DNA of 64,000 nt from Octopus sinensis (GCF_006345805.1 NC_042999.1:171740001-171804000), one strand, 5' to 3'; shown: positions 24,038-36,813, numbered from the stretch's first letter. Numbers and translations are program-made. Notes: generated by a model not told the origin, from the letters alone.

Positions 24038-24790
24038 TCTTACTATATCTTACTATATCTTACTATATCTTACTATAATCGGTGTTATGTCCGTCTCTTT
24101 GTCTGTTCCCTTTTTACGGCCAGATGGCTGGACCAAATGTTACGATAGTTTTTGGGATTACAAAGATAGTCGTCAGGAAAGTTTTTAGCATTAAAATATC
24201 AGAAAATATAATTATGTCGTGGATATCGATGTTTTAATTGATGAACCACCTTTGCATTTTTATAAAAATTCACCGACCACGAGTATCTCTGGATTTTCCT
24301 CGTATAGTTCAGGGTCCCATCGTAGATACGAAAGGGTTTGCGTGGACGGTTAATACCAAAAATAAAATGGAATAAGTGTGTGTCAGTATATAGTGTGTGT
24401 GATTATTTAGCTGTTATTGAGGTGTGTCAGTCGCGAGCATAATTCGAAAAGTCTAACGGAAGCGGCTGTTGTTCGCATCTCAGTTTTGTCAATCACAATA
24501 ACCCATGGTACCAGAACATCCAGACGTTATTCGTATAGAACAGTGAGAGGTAAATCTTAGTTTGATTGTTTGCAACCTTAAAGATTCCGCTCGTGCATTC
24601 ACAGCAATCAAGGCACAGGGCCAGACTTTAGATCGAGAAGATGTATTTTCCGCCACTCCGAGATTTACACACAGTCAGTTATATGTTGCTATGAATAGAG
24701 CAACGGACTCCAATAATTTGAAAATTAGTGTCAACCAAACAGAAAATATCATCTCCAAAGAAGTTTTGTAATTGCATTGATATTATCGAA
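24038..24790 (+). mobile_element. Internally deleted Helitron derivative (5' TC terminus + PIF1-like helicase C-terminus)
   Basis: ORF 24562-24771 RAFTAIKAQGQTLDRED..FTHSQLYVAMNRATDSNNLKI..NIISKEVL* matches RepHel motifs (FAMTINKAQGQTL, FSHGQLYVALSR, NIVYKEVL); starts TCTTACTATA followed by a GTCCGTC..GTCTGT stretch. Confidence 0.85.
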
Positions 24791-25629
24791 AGGAATATGA
24801 TTCATAATACCTCTTATGTAATGGTGGAAGGAAGCTTTGGTTTTCGTGAGGAGTGGTCCACATAACCATTCATGATACGGAGGCTGGGACCCTGTTTCAG
24901 TTCGGGGGTGGATCGTCATCACATATCACTTAGTCGCAGGCGTATGCCATAGAGCTGCTATAGAATGTTGTGTCACCAATAATAATGTTATTTCTCTCAG
25001 ACATCACTCATTAATATATCAATCCATTTAAACATTTCTCAATACATACTGCTGCTATGACTTACCTCCCTCATTTTACGCCTCCATTGTAGATGGGTAG
25101 ATTTGCCAGCGGAAATAATGCTTCCTTTTGAGATTTCAAAGACAGTATCGTTATCGTTTGCTCTATCATAATTTTTGTTGTTGTAGAGGTAGTGGTGGCG
25201 GGGTAAGTAGAGACCATCCTCGTCTCATTTATTGCGGGGAAAATACATTCATAACTGTCATTGTCGCTGTTGCTTCCGTTTCTTGTCATAGTAGTAGTGC
25301 TTTGAACTTGATGAGAGCTCACCTCACCTTCCAATTCGGTGTAGACTCCGGGGAGTCACGTAACTAATTATCAATGTCAAATCTTATTTCTTCTTCCATG
25401 ACTTTTAGAAAGTTTGTCGTCATCATGTATGTTATCCAAAACGAAATGAAAATTTTCTCTTCGAAATTGCGGCGCCGAAGTGGGTACAAAAAGTCAAACA
25501 AGACATATGCAGTGGTGGTGGTGTTAAAAAGTGCTTTGTAGTAAAAGGAATAATTAACATTTAGAAATGATAATAAAAAAAGAAGGATTAAACTTACGAC
25601 CAAGATGACATGTATAATTCTAGTATGAA

Positions 25630-25647
25630 TACTACTACTACTACTCT

Positions 25648-25713
<66 letters not shown>

Positions 25714-25768
25714 CACTACTACTACTACGACGACGACGACGAATAATAATAGTAGTAGTAGTAGTAGT

Positions 25769-25806
<38 letters not shown>

Positions 25807-25831
25807 TAGTAGCAGCAGCAGCAGCAGCAGC
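25630..25831. repeat. Compound (TAC)n(GAC)n(AAT)(AGT)n(AGC)n microsatellite
   Basis: Direct reading. Confidence 0.95.
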
Positions 25832-27195
25832 TAGCAACTATCAATTGCAAGCCATTTGTATGGAATCTGTTAACAGGAATGCTTTCAGAAAGTATATACG
25901 AACACCATAACAATCAGAATTCACTACGAGTAGAACAAAAGCGTTGCAGGAAGAAGGCTACAGGAACGCCCGATCTATAATATATGGACAAAGCAGTTCT
26001 AAATGAAGTAAAAGCTAGAAATAGCAGGGATAGATATTAGGAAAGCCTATGACATGACCCCACACTGATGGATAAGTGAATGTTTGAGTATATTCAGTAT
26101 AGCAGACAACATAAGAGAATTGTTTAGTTGTAGAATGAAGAAATGGAAAGTAGATCTCTACTCAGGTGACACACACTTATGGAAAGATAACATAAGCAGA
26201 GGAATTTTCAGAGGGACTGAAGTCATGGTATCAGTTCAGAAATAGTATGAGAAAAATTAACCATTTGCTCTATATGGATGATCTGAATCGTTTCTGTAAC
26301 AATGAAAAAGAGATGTATTCCTTAACACAGACTGTAAGACTCTTCAGCAATGATATTGACATGGAATTTGGCATAGACAAGTCTGCAATATTCCTTATGA
26401 GTAGGGGAAAGGTAGTCAACAGCGATGTAATCCAATTACCAGATGGCCATACATCAAACTATTGAAAGGAGAGAGTTAAATTATCTAAGTGTATTTGAAT
26501 CTGACAGAGTACAACCTACAGAAATGAAAACGAAAATTGAGATGGAATACATCAGAAGGGTGAGGAAGCTAATGAAGTCAAGGCTTAATGGTCCGAATCT
26601 GGTGAAGGCTGTGAAACTTGGGCAGTATAATTGCTTAGATAATCAGAAACAAAAGATAACTAGCAAAGCTAGGCAGAACTAAGAAGGGATTCAATATGAA
26701 AGGAAGACTCAACCCAAGGACAGGAGTGGCAAGATTATTCCTACCTAGAAAGGAAAGCGGAAGAGGGTTAATAGCAGAAGAAGACTGTGCGGAGTTAGCT
26801 AGAACAGATATAGATTCTTATGTAGGAAATAGTGACGAATGTTGATTTAAAACTGCTGGAGTCACAGCAAGCCAATCAAAAACCCAAACGAAGTTCAAAA
26901 CAAGAAAAAAGAAGTGCGTGGTAGATTCCCAAAGATGTGGTCGATGAGGAGTCTAGACCTGTTACCAACAGTAATTGGCACACTTGGAAGTATCAGCAGA
27001 GAAGTACCAGCAAAGCACGAACACATTGATATAAATGAAAGGATGGAACCCCTACAAAAGTCAGCATTGATTTGAACTTCAAGAATCCTTCGCAGGGTTC
27101 TTGAAACAAATGCCAACTTAGTCTACTGACTGTGGACAGCTGACACTTTCCGTCATACCCAGCGAAATAAGCTGAGTTTTCATCAAATAACAATA
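25832..27195 (+). mobile_element. Degraded, internally deleted R4/Dong element (subfamily E)
   Basis: PFVWNLLTGMLSESIYEH; ORF 26247 KINHLLYMDDL..RLFSNDIDMEFGIDK; EYIRRVRKLMKSRLNGPNLVKAV; ARLFLPRKESGRGLI; 3' UTR GCAGGGTTCTTGAA..GTGGACAG.TGACACTTTC..ATACCCAGC shared with 33420-33520. Confidence 0.85.
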
Positions 27196-27196
27196 T

Positions 27197-27262
<66 letters not shown>

Positions 27263-27316
27263 AGCTCCTCCTCCTCCTCTCCTCCTACTACTAGTATCAT
27301 TATTATCATTATTATT

Positions 27317-27385
<69 letters not shown>

Positions 27386-27396
27386 AAGAAGAAGAA
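27197..27396. repeat. Compound (TAC)(TGC)(TCC)(TAA)(GAA) microsatellite
   Basis: Direct reading. Confidence 0.95.
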
Positions 27397-27973
27397 GGCT
27401 AAGAAGGAATATATTCACAGACATGACAGAGTTGGAACCTACATACACTGGAAGCTATGCCAACATTATGGAATAACAACAGAAAAAGATGGTATAGGCA
27501 CACACCAGAAAAGGTCACAGAAAATGAGAAAGCAACCATACTCTGGGATATGCCGATACACAGAGATAGAGAAATTAAAGCCAACAGACCAGATATAGTT
27601 GTCAGAGATCATGAAGAAAAAGAAATGCTTTCTAATTGATGTACCAATACCGGCAGATGACAACGTGTCTCTAAAAGAGTCACGTTTCAAAATACAAAGA
27701 CCTGGAAATAGAGGTAACCAGAATGTGGAATCTAAAAACATAAACAATTCCTAGTACGTGCAATAGGCATGATAAAAAAATATTCAGACAAATACATAAC
27801 AAAAACACCAGGACTTACAAACACATATAACATACAGAAAATTGCACACATCCTACGCAGAACACTTTCCATACTATAACCATCAGAGCATCACAACAAA
27901 TCACAGCACATACCTAAGGCACACAGAGCTGCGCTCGGTAGTGAAGAGAAAGTACGCTATAAAAATAAAACTA

Positions 27974-28050
<77 letters not shown>
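27397..28050 (+). mobile_element. R4/Dong subfamily A 3' end with (TAA)n tail
   Basis: AKKEYIHRHDRVGTYIHWKLCQHY, WDMPIHRDREIKANRPDIVV; same 3' UTR as 1334-1440; tail 27979-28050. Confidence 0.95.
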
Positions 28051-29570
28051 CGGATGACCACAAACATTAGAAGTCGAAGTCAGTTCCCTCGTTGAAACGG
28101 TGTATAAGTTCAGGGCTGATATCAGAATGAAGTTCGGACTGAGAAAGAATGGCATGTTAGTATTGAAGAGAGGCAAAATCAAATGTATGGGCGGACTAGC
28201 GATACCGTTGGGGGAGGTTATGAAGCAGATAATAAGAGACTGGCTATAAGTACTTGGGGATTTTTGAAATGGATAAATTGAGGGAGAAAGAAATGACAGA
28301 AAAATTTAAGGTGGAGTACTTGCGCAAACTAAGACTGATCCGTAAGTAGAAATTAAACAAACGTAGTAAGATCGAAGTTATCAACATCTGGGCGGTTTCA
28401 CTCCTTAGATATGGAACAGGGGTAATCGCATGGACAGTAGACGAACTAAACAGCTGAGATAGAAAGATATGGGTCACTCCACCCAAAAAGTGACACAGAC
28501 AGACTGTATGAAACAAGGAAAAGTGGGGGAAGAGCATTTACTGGATGCAAACACAGCATTAGAAGAGAAGAAAATAAATTAGTATGGCAAGTAAAAAATG
28601 CCACAGAACCGCTATTAATAGAAGTAGGAAGATCAGGCTTGTGTAGGATGAAAGATTGCAAAGATAAAACACCATACAAGAAATTGAAAACGGATGAAAC
28701 TGAAAATAGGTGGGTAAAGAAAAGAATGCATGGTCAATCTCATAGGGATGCTGGAGATGAGACAGACGGAGAAAAAAGATGGCTGTGGATGACTAAAAGT
28801 GATTTAAAATTGGAAACAGAGGCTGTAATCTGTGCTGCCCAAGAGCAAGCACTAAGTACAAAGTACATAAAATACAGAATAGAGAACACATCAGAAAGTG
28901 GTAAGTGCAGAATCTGTAGACAAAACGTTGACACGGTATGGCATATTACCAGCCAATGTACACCACTACCCCAGAAGTAATATAAGAGACGCCACGACAA
29001 TATAGCCAGGCTTGTCCACTGGACACTTTGCAACAAGTATGGACTTTACAGAGCAAAAAATTGGTACGACGAAAAATCTTAAGGCATCTTCGAAAATAAA
29101 AATGCAAAGATCCTATGGGATTTTATGATCCAGTGCCACCATGAGATTGAGAATAGAGAGCTGGATATAGTCCTAATTAAGAAAGAAAACTAACTATGCT
29201 GGAACATAGACATAGCATGCACAGCTGACAACAATGTATGTGATAAGGAAGAAAGAAAATTCGAGAGATATGACAGGTTTGCTTGGGAAATAAAGCAGTT
29301 GTGGTCAATGAAAAAGGTAGCAGTAGTACCAATAATTGTTGGATCTCTGGGTATAGTGAGTGAAAATCTCGAGAAGTATGTGGAACAAATAGGGGTTACA
29401 ATAAGGGTGAAGCACTCTCAGAAAACAGCACTGCTTGAACCGCTCGAATACTCCAGAAGGTGCTCAAAAAATAAGAGGTGTTACCATAGTTCACTGGTAG
29501 TGAACAGTTGACCCTGTAGTACTTATCGAGCGTTAGAAGCTGTGCAAAGACAACAATAATAACAATAATA

Positions 29571-29643
<73 letters not shown>
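28051..29643 (+). mobile_element. 5'-truncated R4/Dong subfamily D element with (TAA)n tail
   Basis: ORF 28639 WLWMTKSDLKLETEAVICAAQEQAL..KCRICRQNVDTVWHITSQC; ORF 29299 WSMKKVAVVPIIVGSLGIV..QKTALL; 3' UTR matches 16547-16620; tail 29551-29643. Confidence 0.92.
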
Positions 29644-29644
<1 letters not shown>

Positions 29645-29859
29645 GAAATAGTAATAATGGAGAGGAAGAAACCCCGGGCTACTTTCGAGTTCGCTCAAAT
29701 GCATATCAGTTTTACACTGTCGATGAAATTGGCTAATCTCTACCCATAATATTGCTGGTCTTGTGCTAAAATTCGACACTCTTAATAGCATTATCAGTAT
29801 GACCGTTTGTTTTTATAATTATTTTAACGGAATAGCAAACATAATAATAATATAATAAT

Positions 29860-29957
29860 AATAACCTGCATGTATACATAAACACGTATATGTATACATG
29901 CCTACATGCATCTGTCTGTCTATCTCTCGCTCTCTCTTCCAATACATATATATATAA

Positions 29958-30036
<79 letters not shown>

Positions 30037-30056
30037 TATATAATATATATATATAT

Positions 30057-30093
<37 letters not shown>

Positions 30094-30120
30094 CGTTATT
30101 ATATGTTCAATATATATATA
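29860..30120. repeat. Long interrupted (TA)n microsatellite
   Basis: Direct reading. Confidence 0.95.
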
Positions 30121-30424
30121 CTTCTACATTTAGCACTTATGGAAGGTGATAAATTATGTATCTCATGGGGAATTTTCCACCTACATTTAAGTACATATAT
30201 TAAAATTTGTACTTATTAATATATTTATTCATTTTACTTGTCATAAGAAAAGCATAACTTCTTATCAATGCCTCATGAGATGTTTATTTGTTTTTTAAAT
30301 ATATTTTCCATATCAAGATTTTCATAAAACTTTAAAATGAATGTGGTATTCATTATATTTTCAAAGATGCGAAAATAATATTGGTTTCAAATTTTAACAC
30401 AAGTCCAGTAATCATGGGAGATTG

Positions 30425-30510
30425 GCTAAGTCGATTAGATTACCTTCAGTGCTCAACTGGCATTTATCTTATCGATCCATAACGGATGAAAGGAAAAGTC
30501 GACTCAGTTG
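30425..30510 (-). mobile_element. Decayed Meta-type SINE fragment
   Basis: TAAGTCGATT..CTTATCGATCC..GGATGAAAGGAAAAGTCGAC is the reverse complement of the SINE core. Confidence 0.65.
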
Positions 30511-31099
30511 CAATAAAAAGGGAACGAAATACTGCTAGACGGGTTTTTGGAACAAGTCTGTAAATATCTAGAAAAAAAATCGGATTTCATCGCGTTCGAT
30601 ATTTTACAATACTGACAGCTCACTATGTGAGTTTATGAAAATTAAAGACCGAGAGATGATAAATATTTCGTTAATTTTAAATATTTTTGGTAAAATTAAT
30701 ATTCTCTTTAATCTTCAATATCTTTGTTTAAATCGAACACCTCTTTTCCTATTTTCGTTTCAAACTTTTAATTATCATTAACACTTTTGTCGTGCATGCA
30801 CATCTTCGGGAGTCCTGAAAAATGCGATTTATTTTGTCCAAGAATATACATGGACGTATTCATCTACTTATTTGAAGGTTGGTGATTCTTCGTGTGTTTT
30901 GCAAACTTTGAATAAAGAAGACAATATTAATACTACCTGCTATAAACTTTAAAGAGATTTACTAGTGGAATTGATATGAGATTCGGATTTTCAAACTGCA
31001 CCGAGGCAAATTCAAAGAGCACAAAATTAATTCAAGACATTAATATTAGATGTGATAAGGGAATAAAAAAAAAGAAAAGAATTACACGGAACTAGACTT

Positions 31100-32620
31100 A
31101 CAAATATTAATGAAAGAACATATAAAACAGAATACAACTTAAGCAAATAAAAGAATTTTATAGTCGTATTAGGTTAATGCTTATAAAAGAAGTAAATAAA
31201 ACATGAAGACATCAAATTTCTAGCTTTAATTGTAATACGCTATAGTTAAATAATCTTAACTAGATGCAAGCGTATTACTGATAACAAGAGGGAAAATCAC
31301 CACAAAATACTGACAATATTTGCGATACGCTGCCATAAATTTATAACCAGGATGAACAAGTCTACAGCTAATAAAGTATTTTAGGTATAAGCAACTAAAA
31401 CCCAATTATATTATCAATGTAGAATTTCGAAAAAATTATCATAGAAAAAAAAAGTAATGATAATACACATAGCTAAATATATGAACAAAACAGAAATACA
31501 ATTCTCTATCTTCAACAAGCACAAAAAAACATGTGGTGTAAGAATTTAGAAAACACAACCCAAAATCTGATATGAGAAGATTATATGCACGACAAACGAA
31601 TGAATGCAAAGTAGGTATTGCAAATAACAACAATGATAAACACGATTACGATGACGATAACATGGAAGATGGGGGATGATGGGCTGGAGGCGGATATAGC
31701 TTAGGCAAATAAACCTTAGAGATATATCTTGCGAATCAGATAGCCAGTGACAAAGGCGAATGAATGTAAAAGCAAAGATGAAAACAAAACCATTTTTTGA
31801 AACAATTTATATCTACGGTTGGGAGTGTCGTTTGTAAACAAAAATTGATAGCAAGTAAAACAATATGATGGCGAACACCTGAAAAAATCATAAAGTTGGA
31901 ATAGGAAAGGAATTTCGAAATACACCTAGCTAAGATAAGTACAGATAGAAGCTAAGACAGAAGTATAGGCGGCGAGCTGGCAGAAACGTTAGCACGCCGG
32001 GCGAAATGCTTAGCGGTATTTCACCTACCGTTAAGTTCTGAGTTCTTTCGGGGTCGATAAATTAAGTACCAGTTACGAACTGGGATCGATGTAATCGACT
32101 TAATTACTTTGTCTGTCCTTGTCTTTCCCCTCTATGTCTAGCCCCTTTTGGGCAATAAAGATATAAGAACCTAAGACTGAAGTATATTTGAATGTTGTGC
32201 AACTTGTTGAGCATACTTTCTGGATATGCTCCAGAAAGTAAAAACATCAGCAAGAAAGTATATTAGGGAAGACACAAATACAAGATTATATTGGATTTAA
32301 ATGTAAATTCATGGTAGGCGAGCGAAGTGACAAAGTGGTCCTTGACAAAGTGAAAAAAGAGGGGTACTATCATAGATATGGATATATCTGCAGTCATGAA
32401 TATAGGGGTCAAAGAACAGAAAATACGAAAATATCTGGATTTGTCTTGGGAAATAAGGCAACTATGAAGGGTTTCTACAAATGTAATCCCAGATGTTATA
32501 GGTATTCTAGGTACTGTCACCAAGAGGCTTGACAGCTCCTTTACTGAGATTGGTGGAACTACAAGATTTGCATTAATTCAGAAATATAATTTATTGAGGA
32601 TAGCAAGAATTCTAAGAAGG
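31100..32620 (+). mobile_element. Highly degraded R4/Dong fragments interrupted by a SINE
   Basis: EFYSRIRLMLIKEVN (~31155; cf. EYYRRVRLVLKTELN); ERSDKVVLDKVKKEGY (32320; RLE DRPDIVV-like). Confidence 0.6.
31966..32165 (+). mobile_element. tRNA-derived Meta-type SINE with an internal deletion and a 19-bp TSD
   Basis: Head GGCGGCGAGCTGGCAGAAACGTTAGC; TSD AGAAGCTAAGACAGAAGTA (31947-31965) vs AGAACCTAAGACTGAAGTA (32166-32184). Confidence 0.92.
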
Positions 32621-32659
32621 GTCGTCGATGAAACTAGTTGTGACCCAGTATCAAGGACC

Positions 32660-34000
32660 TTGGTTCCGAATGTAAAGCATTCGTACACAAAACTATGGAA
32701 AGAAAAGAAAATGGACGGTCAGTTTGCAAGAGATGTAAGAGATACAGGGGACCGCTAGCTATGAATGAGGAGGAGTGCTCTGAACCTTGAAGATAGATAT
32801 AAAAACACGCATATGCGCAGAAGCAAGCGTTAAGAATTAATTATATGAAGTGCAGAAAAGAGAACACTACCGATAACGACAAATATTGAAAGTGTGGGGA
32901 GAAGGGTAAAACAGTATGGCACATCGTAAGCAAATGCCCGAAATTGGGACAACTCGAATACAAAATGCACCATGACAATATGGCGAGAATGATCCATTGA
33001 GATCTCTGTGGAAATCACAGACTATAAAGAGCAAAGACGTGGTTGGTATAAGCAAATTCTAGATGGCGTCCCCGAAAATGAGAATTGCAAAATCCTATGT
33101 GATGCAATGATTCAGTGCGATCACCCGACCAGACATCGGAAACGGACATTGATGGGGTGAATAAAAAAGAAAGAACATGTATGATAATCGACATAGCATG
33201 TTCCTGTGCAAACATGATCAATGTGAAAGAAGAAGAAAAAATAAACAACTATGACGATTTGAAGTGGGAAATACGATGGTTGTGATCAATGAAGAGAGTA
33301 GACGTGATATCAAGAGTAATTGATGTGCTTGGAAGTATCAGCACTCAACTACCAACATGGTGCACGTGTGAAGATAGAACACCTACAAAAGTCAGCATTG
33401 CTTGGAAATGCCATAATTTTCGCAGGGTTCTTGAAGCACGACCAGTGAATATGTGTCACCTTACTGTGTTGGTTGTGGACAGTTGACACTTTCTATTATA
33501 CCCAGCAAAATAATCGGTGAGTTTACATATGATACTAATAAAAATTATAATACGGCTAATTTTGGAGAGACTCTGAAGACGTATGTGAAACAAAGTCGTG
33601 GGCTTGGTTAAAAAAGAGACAATTAAAAAAAGAAACAGAATGCCCAATTCTTGCAGCCCAAGATCAAGCGATGAAAAGAAACATGTTGAGAAAAAATATA
33701 TATGGAGAGAATGTGTCAGAAAAAAGTAAAGCCAATGGAACTTGGAACGAAACAGTGGCACACTTTGTAGCAGAATGACCCAAGCTGACACAGAAAGAAT
33801 ATAAGAAATAGAGGCACCAACAAGTTGTAGAAGTCATAAAGTGTGACAGAAAGAGTACTTGAGTAAGAGAAATGTGAGCTTTTGTGGGACTTTTCTATTC
33901 TAACAGACAAGAAGTTAAAAAATAATACATAAGGTATAACGATTATAGCTAATGAAAAGCGAAGTTGCTTACTTATCGCCCAAGGTTCGTAAAGAAAGAG
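32660..34000 (+). mobile_element. Degraded R4/Dong 3' fragments (CCHC-RLE, subfamily E-like 3' UTR) plus a further relic
   Basis: CGEKGKTVWHIVSKCPKLGQLEYKMHHDNMARMIH; RTCMIIDIACSC..EEEKINNYDDLKWEI; a second relic ETECPILAAQDQAM (33630-33680). Confidence 0.8.
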
Positions 34001-34067
34001 GAAGAAAACAGAAAAAACAATCCATTACAATTTAAAATAGGAAGGATTTGGGAGCATGCGAACAGTT

Positions 34068-34418
34068 AAGGTCATGCCCAAAATGTGGACTCTAAAAACA
34101 GAAACAATTCCTATCATGGTAGGCGCATTAGGTATGATAAAAAATATTCAGACGAATACCGGTGCCCCAGCATGGCCACAGCTCATGAGCTGAAACTAGA
34201 TAGCATAAAATAAATAAATAAATAAATAAACAAAACCCACGACTTGCAAATATATATATCATACAGAAAATTGCACTACTGGACACTGCTCACCTCCTAC
34301 GCAAAACATTTTCAATACAGTAACCATAAGAGCATCACAGCAAACAACGGCACATACCCAAGGCACACAGAGCTGAGTTTGGTAGTGAAGTGAAAGCACG
34401 CTATAAAAATAAAACTAT

Positions 34419-34422
<4 letters not shown>
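34068..34422 (+). mobile_element. R4/Dong subfamily A 3' end carrying a ~65-bp insertion; followed by (TAA)(TGA)(GAA)n
   Basis: MWTLKTETIPIMVGALGMIKKYS..QKIALLDTAHLLRKTFS; same 3' UTR; compound tail 34423-34592. Confidence 0.92.
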
Positions 34423-34473
<51 letters not shown>

Positions 34474-35539
34474 TGATGATGATGATAAAAAGAAGAAGAA
34501 GAAGAAGAAGAAGAAGAAGAAGAAGAAGAAGAAGAAGAAGAAGAAGAAGAAGAAGAAGAAGAAGAAGAAGAAGAAGAAGAAGAAGAAGAAGAGACAAAGC
34601 AGAAGTAAATGCAAAACAGGAGAGGAACAATGAACGATGTTTAGCATTTCACCTAGTGTTGATAACAGTGGCATTTCTGTTAGAAGAACCTCAATAGATA
34701 AGAGAAATATCACCTCTTTGATTTGTTTTGTAATATGCGTAAAGCCAGATTTCCCCGAAGAGCAGGTATAATTTTAGAAAATAGTCTTGAAAGCATATAG
34801 TGATTATTAATATGAACTCCCACTGAGAAAAATAAAACACACCGAAAGAAAAATATAAAAAACATATTTAGAAACGGATGTTTTGGTAAGGTATGTAAGA
34901 AAAACAGATGAAACGTTAGACGTATGGAAATTGATGTTGTCTGTTCATTTGGCGGAATGTCTACAGTCTTATAAGCGAGGAAATTAATTTGAAAGTGTAA
35001 AGGATATTGATAAAGTATTTATAGTGAAAGAAAAATATTTTGTATAAAAGAGAATTAATCTTGAGAATGGTAGGATTGTCTATGCATTTACCGCTTCACT
35101 CTGTACAACATTGGAAAGCCTAACAAGTAGTCCGCGCCTCTACGCTTGCTAGTATGTCTTAAAATAATGTTACTTATGGTAATATTAGACATACCGTACT
35201 AAAGTATACTTGTTTTTATACTCTTTCATGAAACACGAACTACGCTTTCCTTTCTTAGAAGTCGTGATGCCAATGTATGGGGATATTCATGTTGGCATTA
35301 ATCACCTCTGATGCCTATCCGCTAACACACACTTTTCTTTATATGCTTTTTCTTTGTCTTTTGGTGTCGGAATACTTTTCGTACTAAACGAGCACTTGTT
35401 GTTTCAGTGAGGTATGGAGTAGTTTCACCTACAAGAATATTTTGTGTGGCGTGTGCTCTGGATACATTATAAATGGTAGGTAGCTGAAGCACCAGTAGTC
35501 GATTACTTATATCAATTTTAGCGATGACGCTCATTCTTT

Positions 35540-36813
35540 TATTAGGTACTCAAGTATTAAATTTGTAGAAAAGAAAAAATGTTTGCTAATATTTTATAAA
35601 TACAAAGAATAGTTTTATTCATCAAAGTATGCACCCATATTGTCAATACAACTTTGCTATTGTCCAGTCCGGAATTGTAAAAGCCTGGTAATCTAGAGTC
35701 AATACAATCTTGGAAGGCATGTTTTACAGCATCGCCGGAATTAATTTTTTCCTATCAAAAAGTTATCCAAATTCTGGAAAAAAGTGGCAGTCAGTGGGGG
35801 CAAGATCAGGTGAGTATGGTGGATGAAGGAAAACTTCCAACCCCAGCTCCTATAGTTTCGCTAATGTCATTTTTGCGATGTATGGTCTGGCGTTGCCTTG
35901 CAGTAATATAGGAGTGGATCTGTTAACTAATCTAGGTTGTTTTTTGTAAGTTTCTGCATCATTTTGTCCCGTTGGCTGAAGTATACTTCAGCTGTGATTG
36001 GTGAGCCAGATTTAATGAAATCGTAATGGGTCACACCTGCGCCAGACGACCAAACACACAATCAGCTTCTTGTTTTGATGAATTGTTCTTTTTGGACTGT
36101 GTTTTGGCGGCTCGTCTTTGTCCAATCATTGTGCTGAATGTTTACGGTTGTTGTATTCGATCAATTTCTCATCACATGTTACAATTCCATTGAAAACTTA
36201 TTCATTTTTGTGAGGAGAAAGTAGCATAATGTAGGCTTCCAAAATTTGCTGTTCCTGATTTTCATTGAGTTCATATGGAACCCACTTATCGAACTTTTTC
36301 ACTTTACCGGTTTGAACTAGGTGAATCAATATATTTGCTTGCTAACGCCAAACAACAACGATAATTCGCAGGGACTTTGAGATGGATCTGGCTCGACGGT
36401 GGCTTTCAGTTCGTCATTATCCACCTTGGTTTCTGGTCGACCGCGTTGCTCATTTGTGAGGTCAAAGTTACCAGAACGAAATTTTGCAAACCAATTTGAT
36501 ACTGTCTGCTATATAATAACATTAAAATGAAATACTCCATTAATATTCCGAGCTGTCTGTGACGCTTTATTTGCAAGAAAGAACTCATATTTCAAAACTG
36601 TATGAATTTCCGAATTATCTATCTCTAAACAAAAATACCAAAAACCGATTTATAAATATTTTATAAAGCGCGAAAAGAGTTAGAATAAAGAAATAGGTGT
36701 GTCAGCTTTCTAACAAAATTAAAGATTGTCAAAATATAATAATGTCACAAAATGAGCAGCTGTCAAAATTTACCATATACCTTACAACAAATTTCATATT
36801 TGACGACCTATTA
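35540..36813 (-). mobile_element. Full-length but pseudogenised mariner (~1.27 kb) with both TIRs and TA TSDs
   Basis: TIRs TTAGGTACTCAAGTATTAAATTTGT (35542) and reverse complement ATAGGTCGTCAAATATGAAATTTGT (ends 36811); HPPYSPDLAPTDCHFFQNLDNFL at ~35820-35750; NKASQTARNI near the N-terminus. Confidence 0.9.

Noticed and set aside
24900-24970. Helitron 3' hairpin-CTRR end (GCAGGCG..CTGCTATAG)
   Set aside because: Weak stem and no CTRR terminus
25066-25074. MRE start suggesting tubulin
   Set aside because: No tubulin exons were found downstream in the window, and an intron after codon 3 is not the usual tubulin pattern
33573-33591. CTGAAGA..GAAAC hammerhead-like spacing
   Set aside because: The intervening CGTATGT cannot form stem II, and it lies in R4 coding relic sequence
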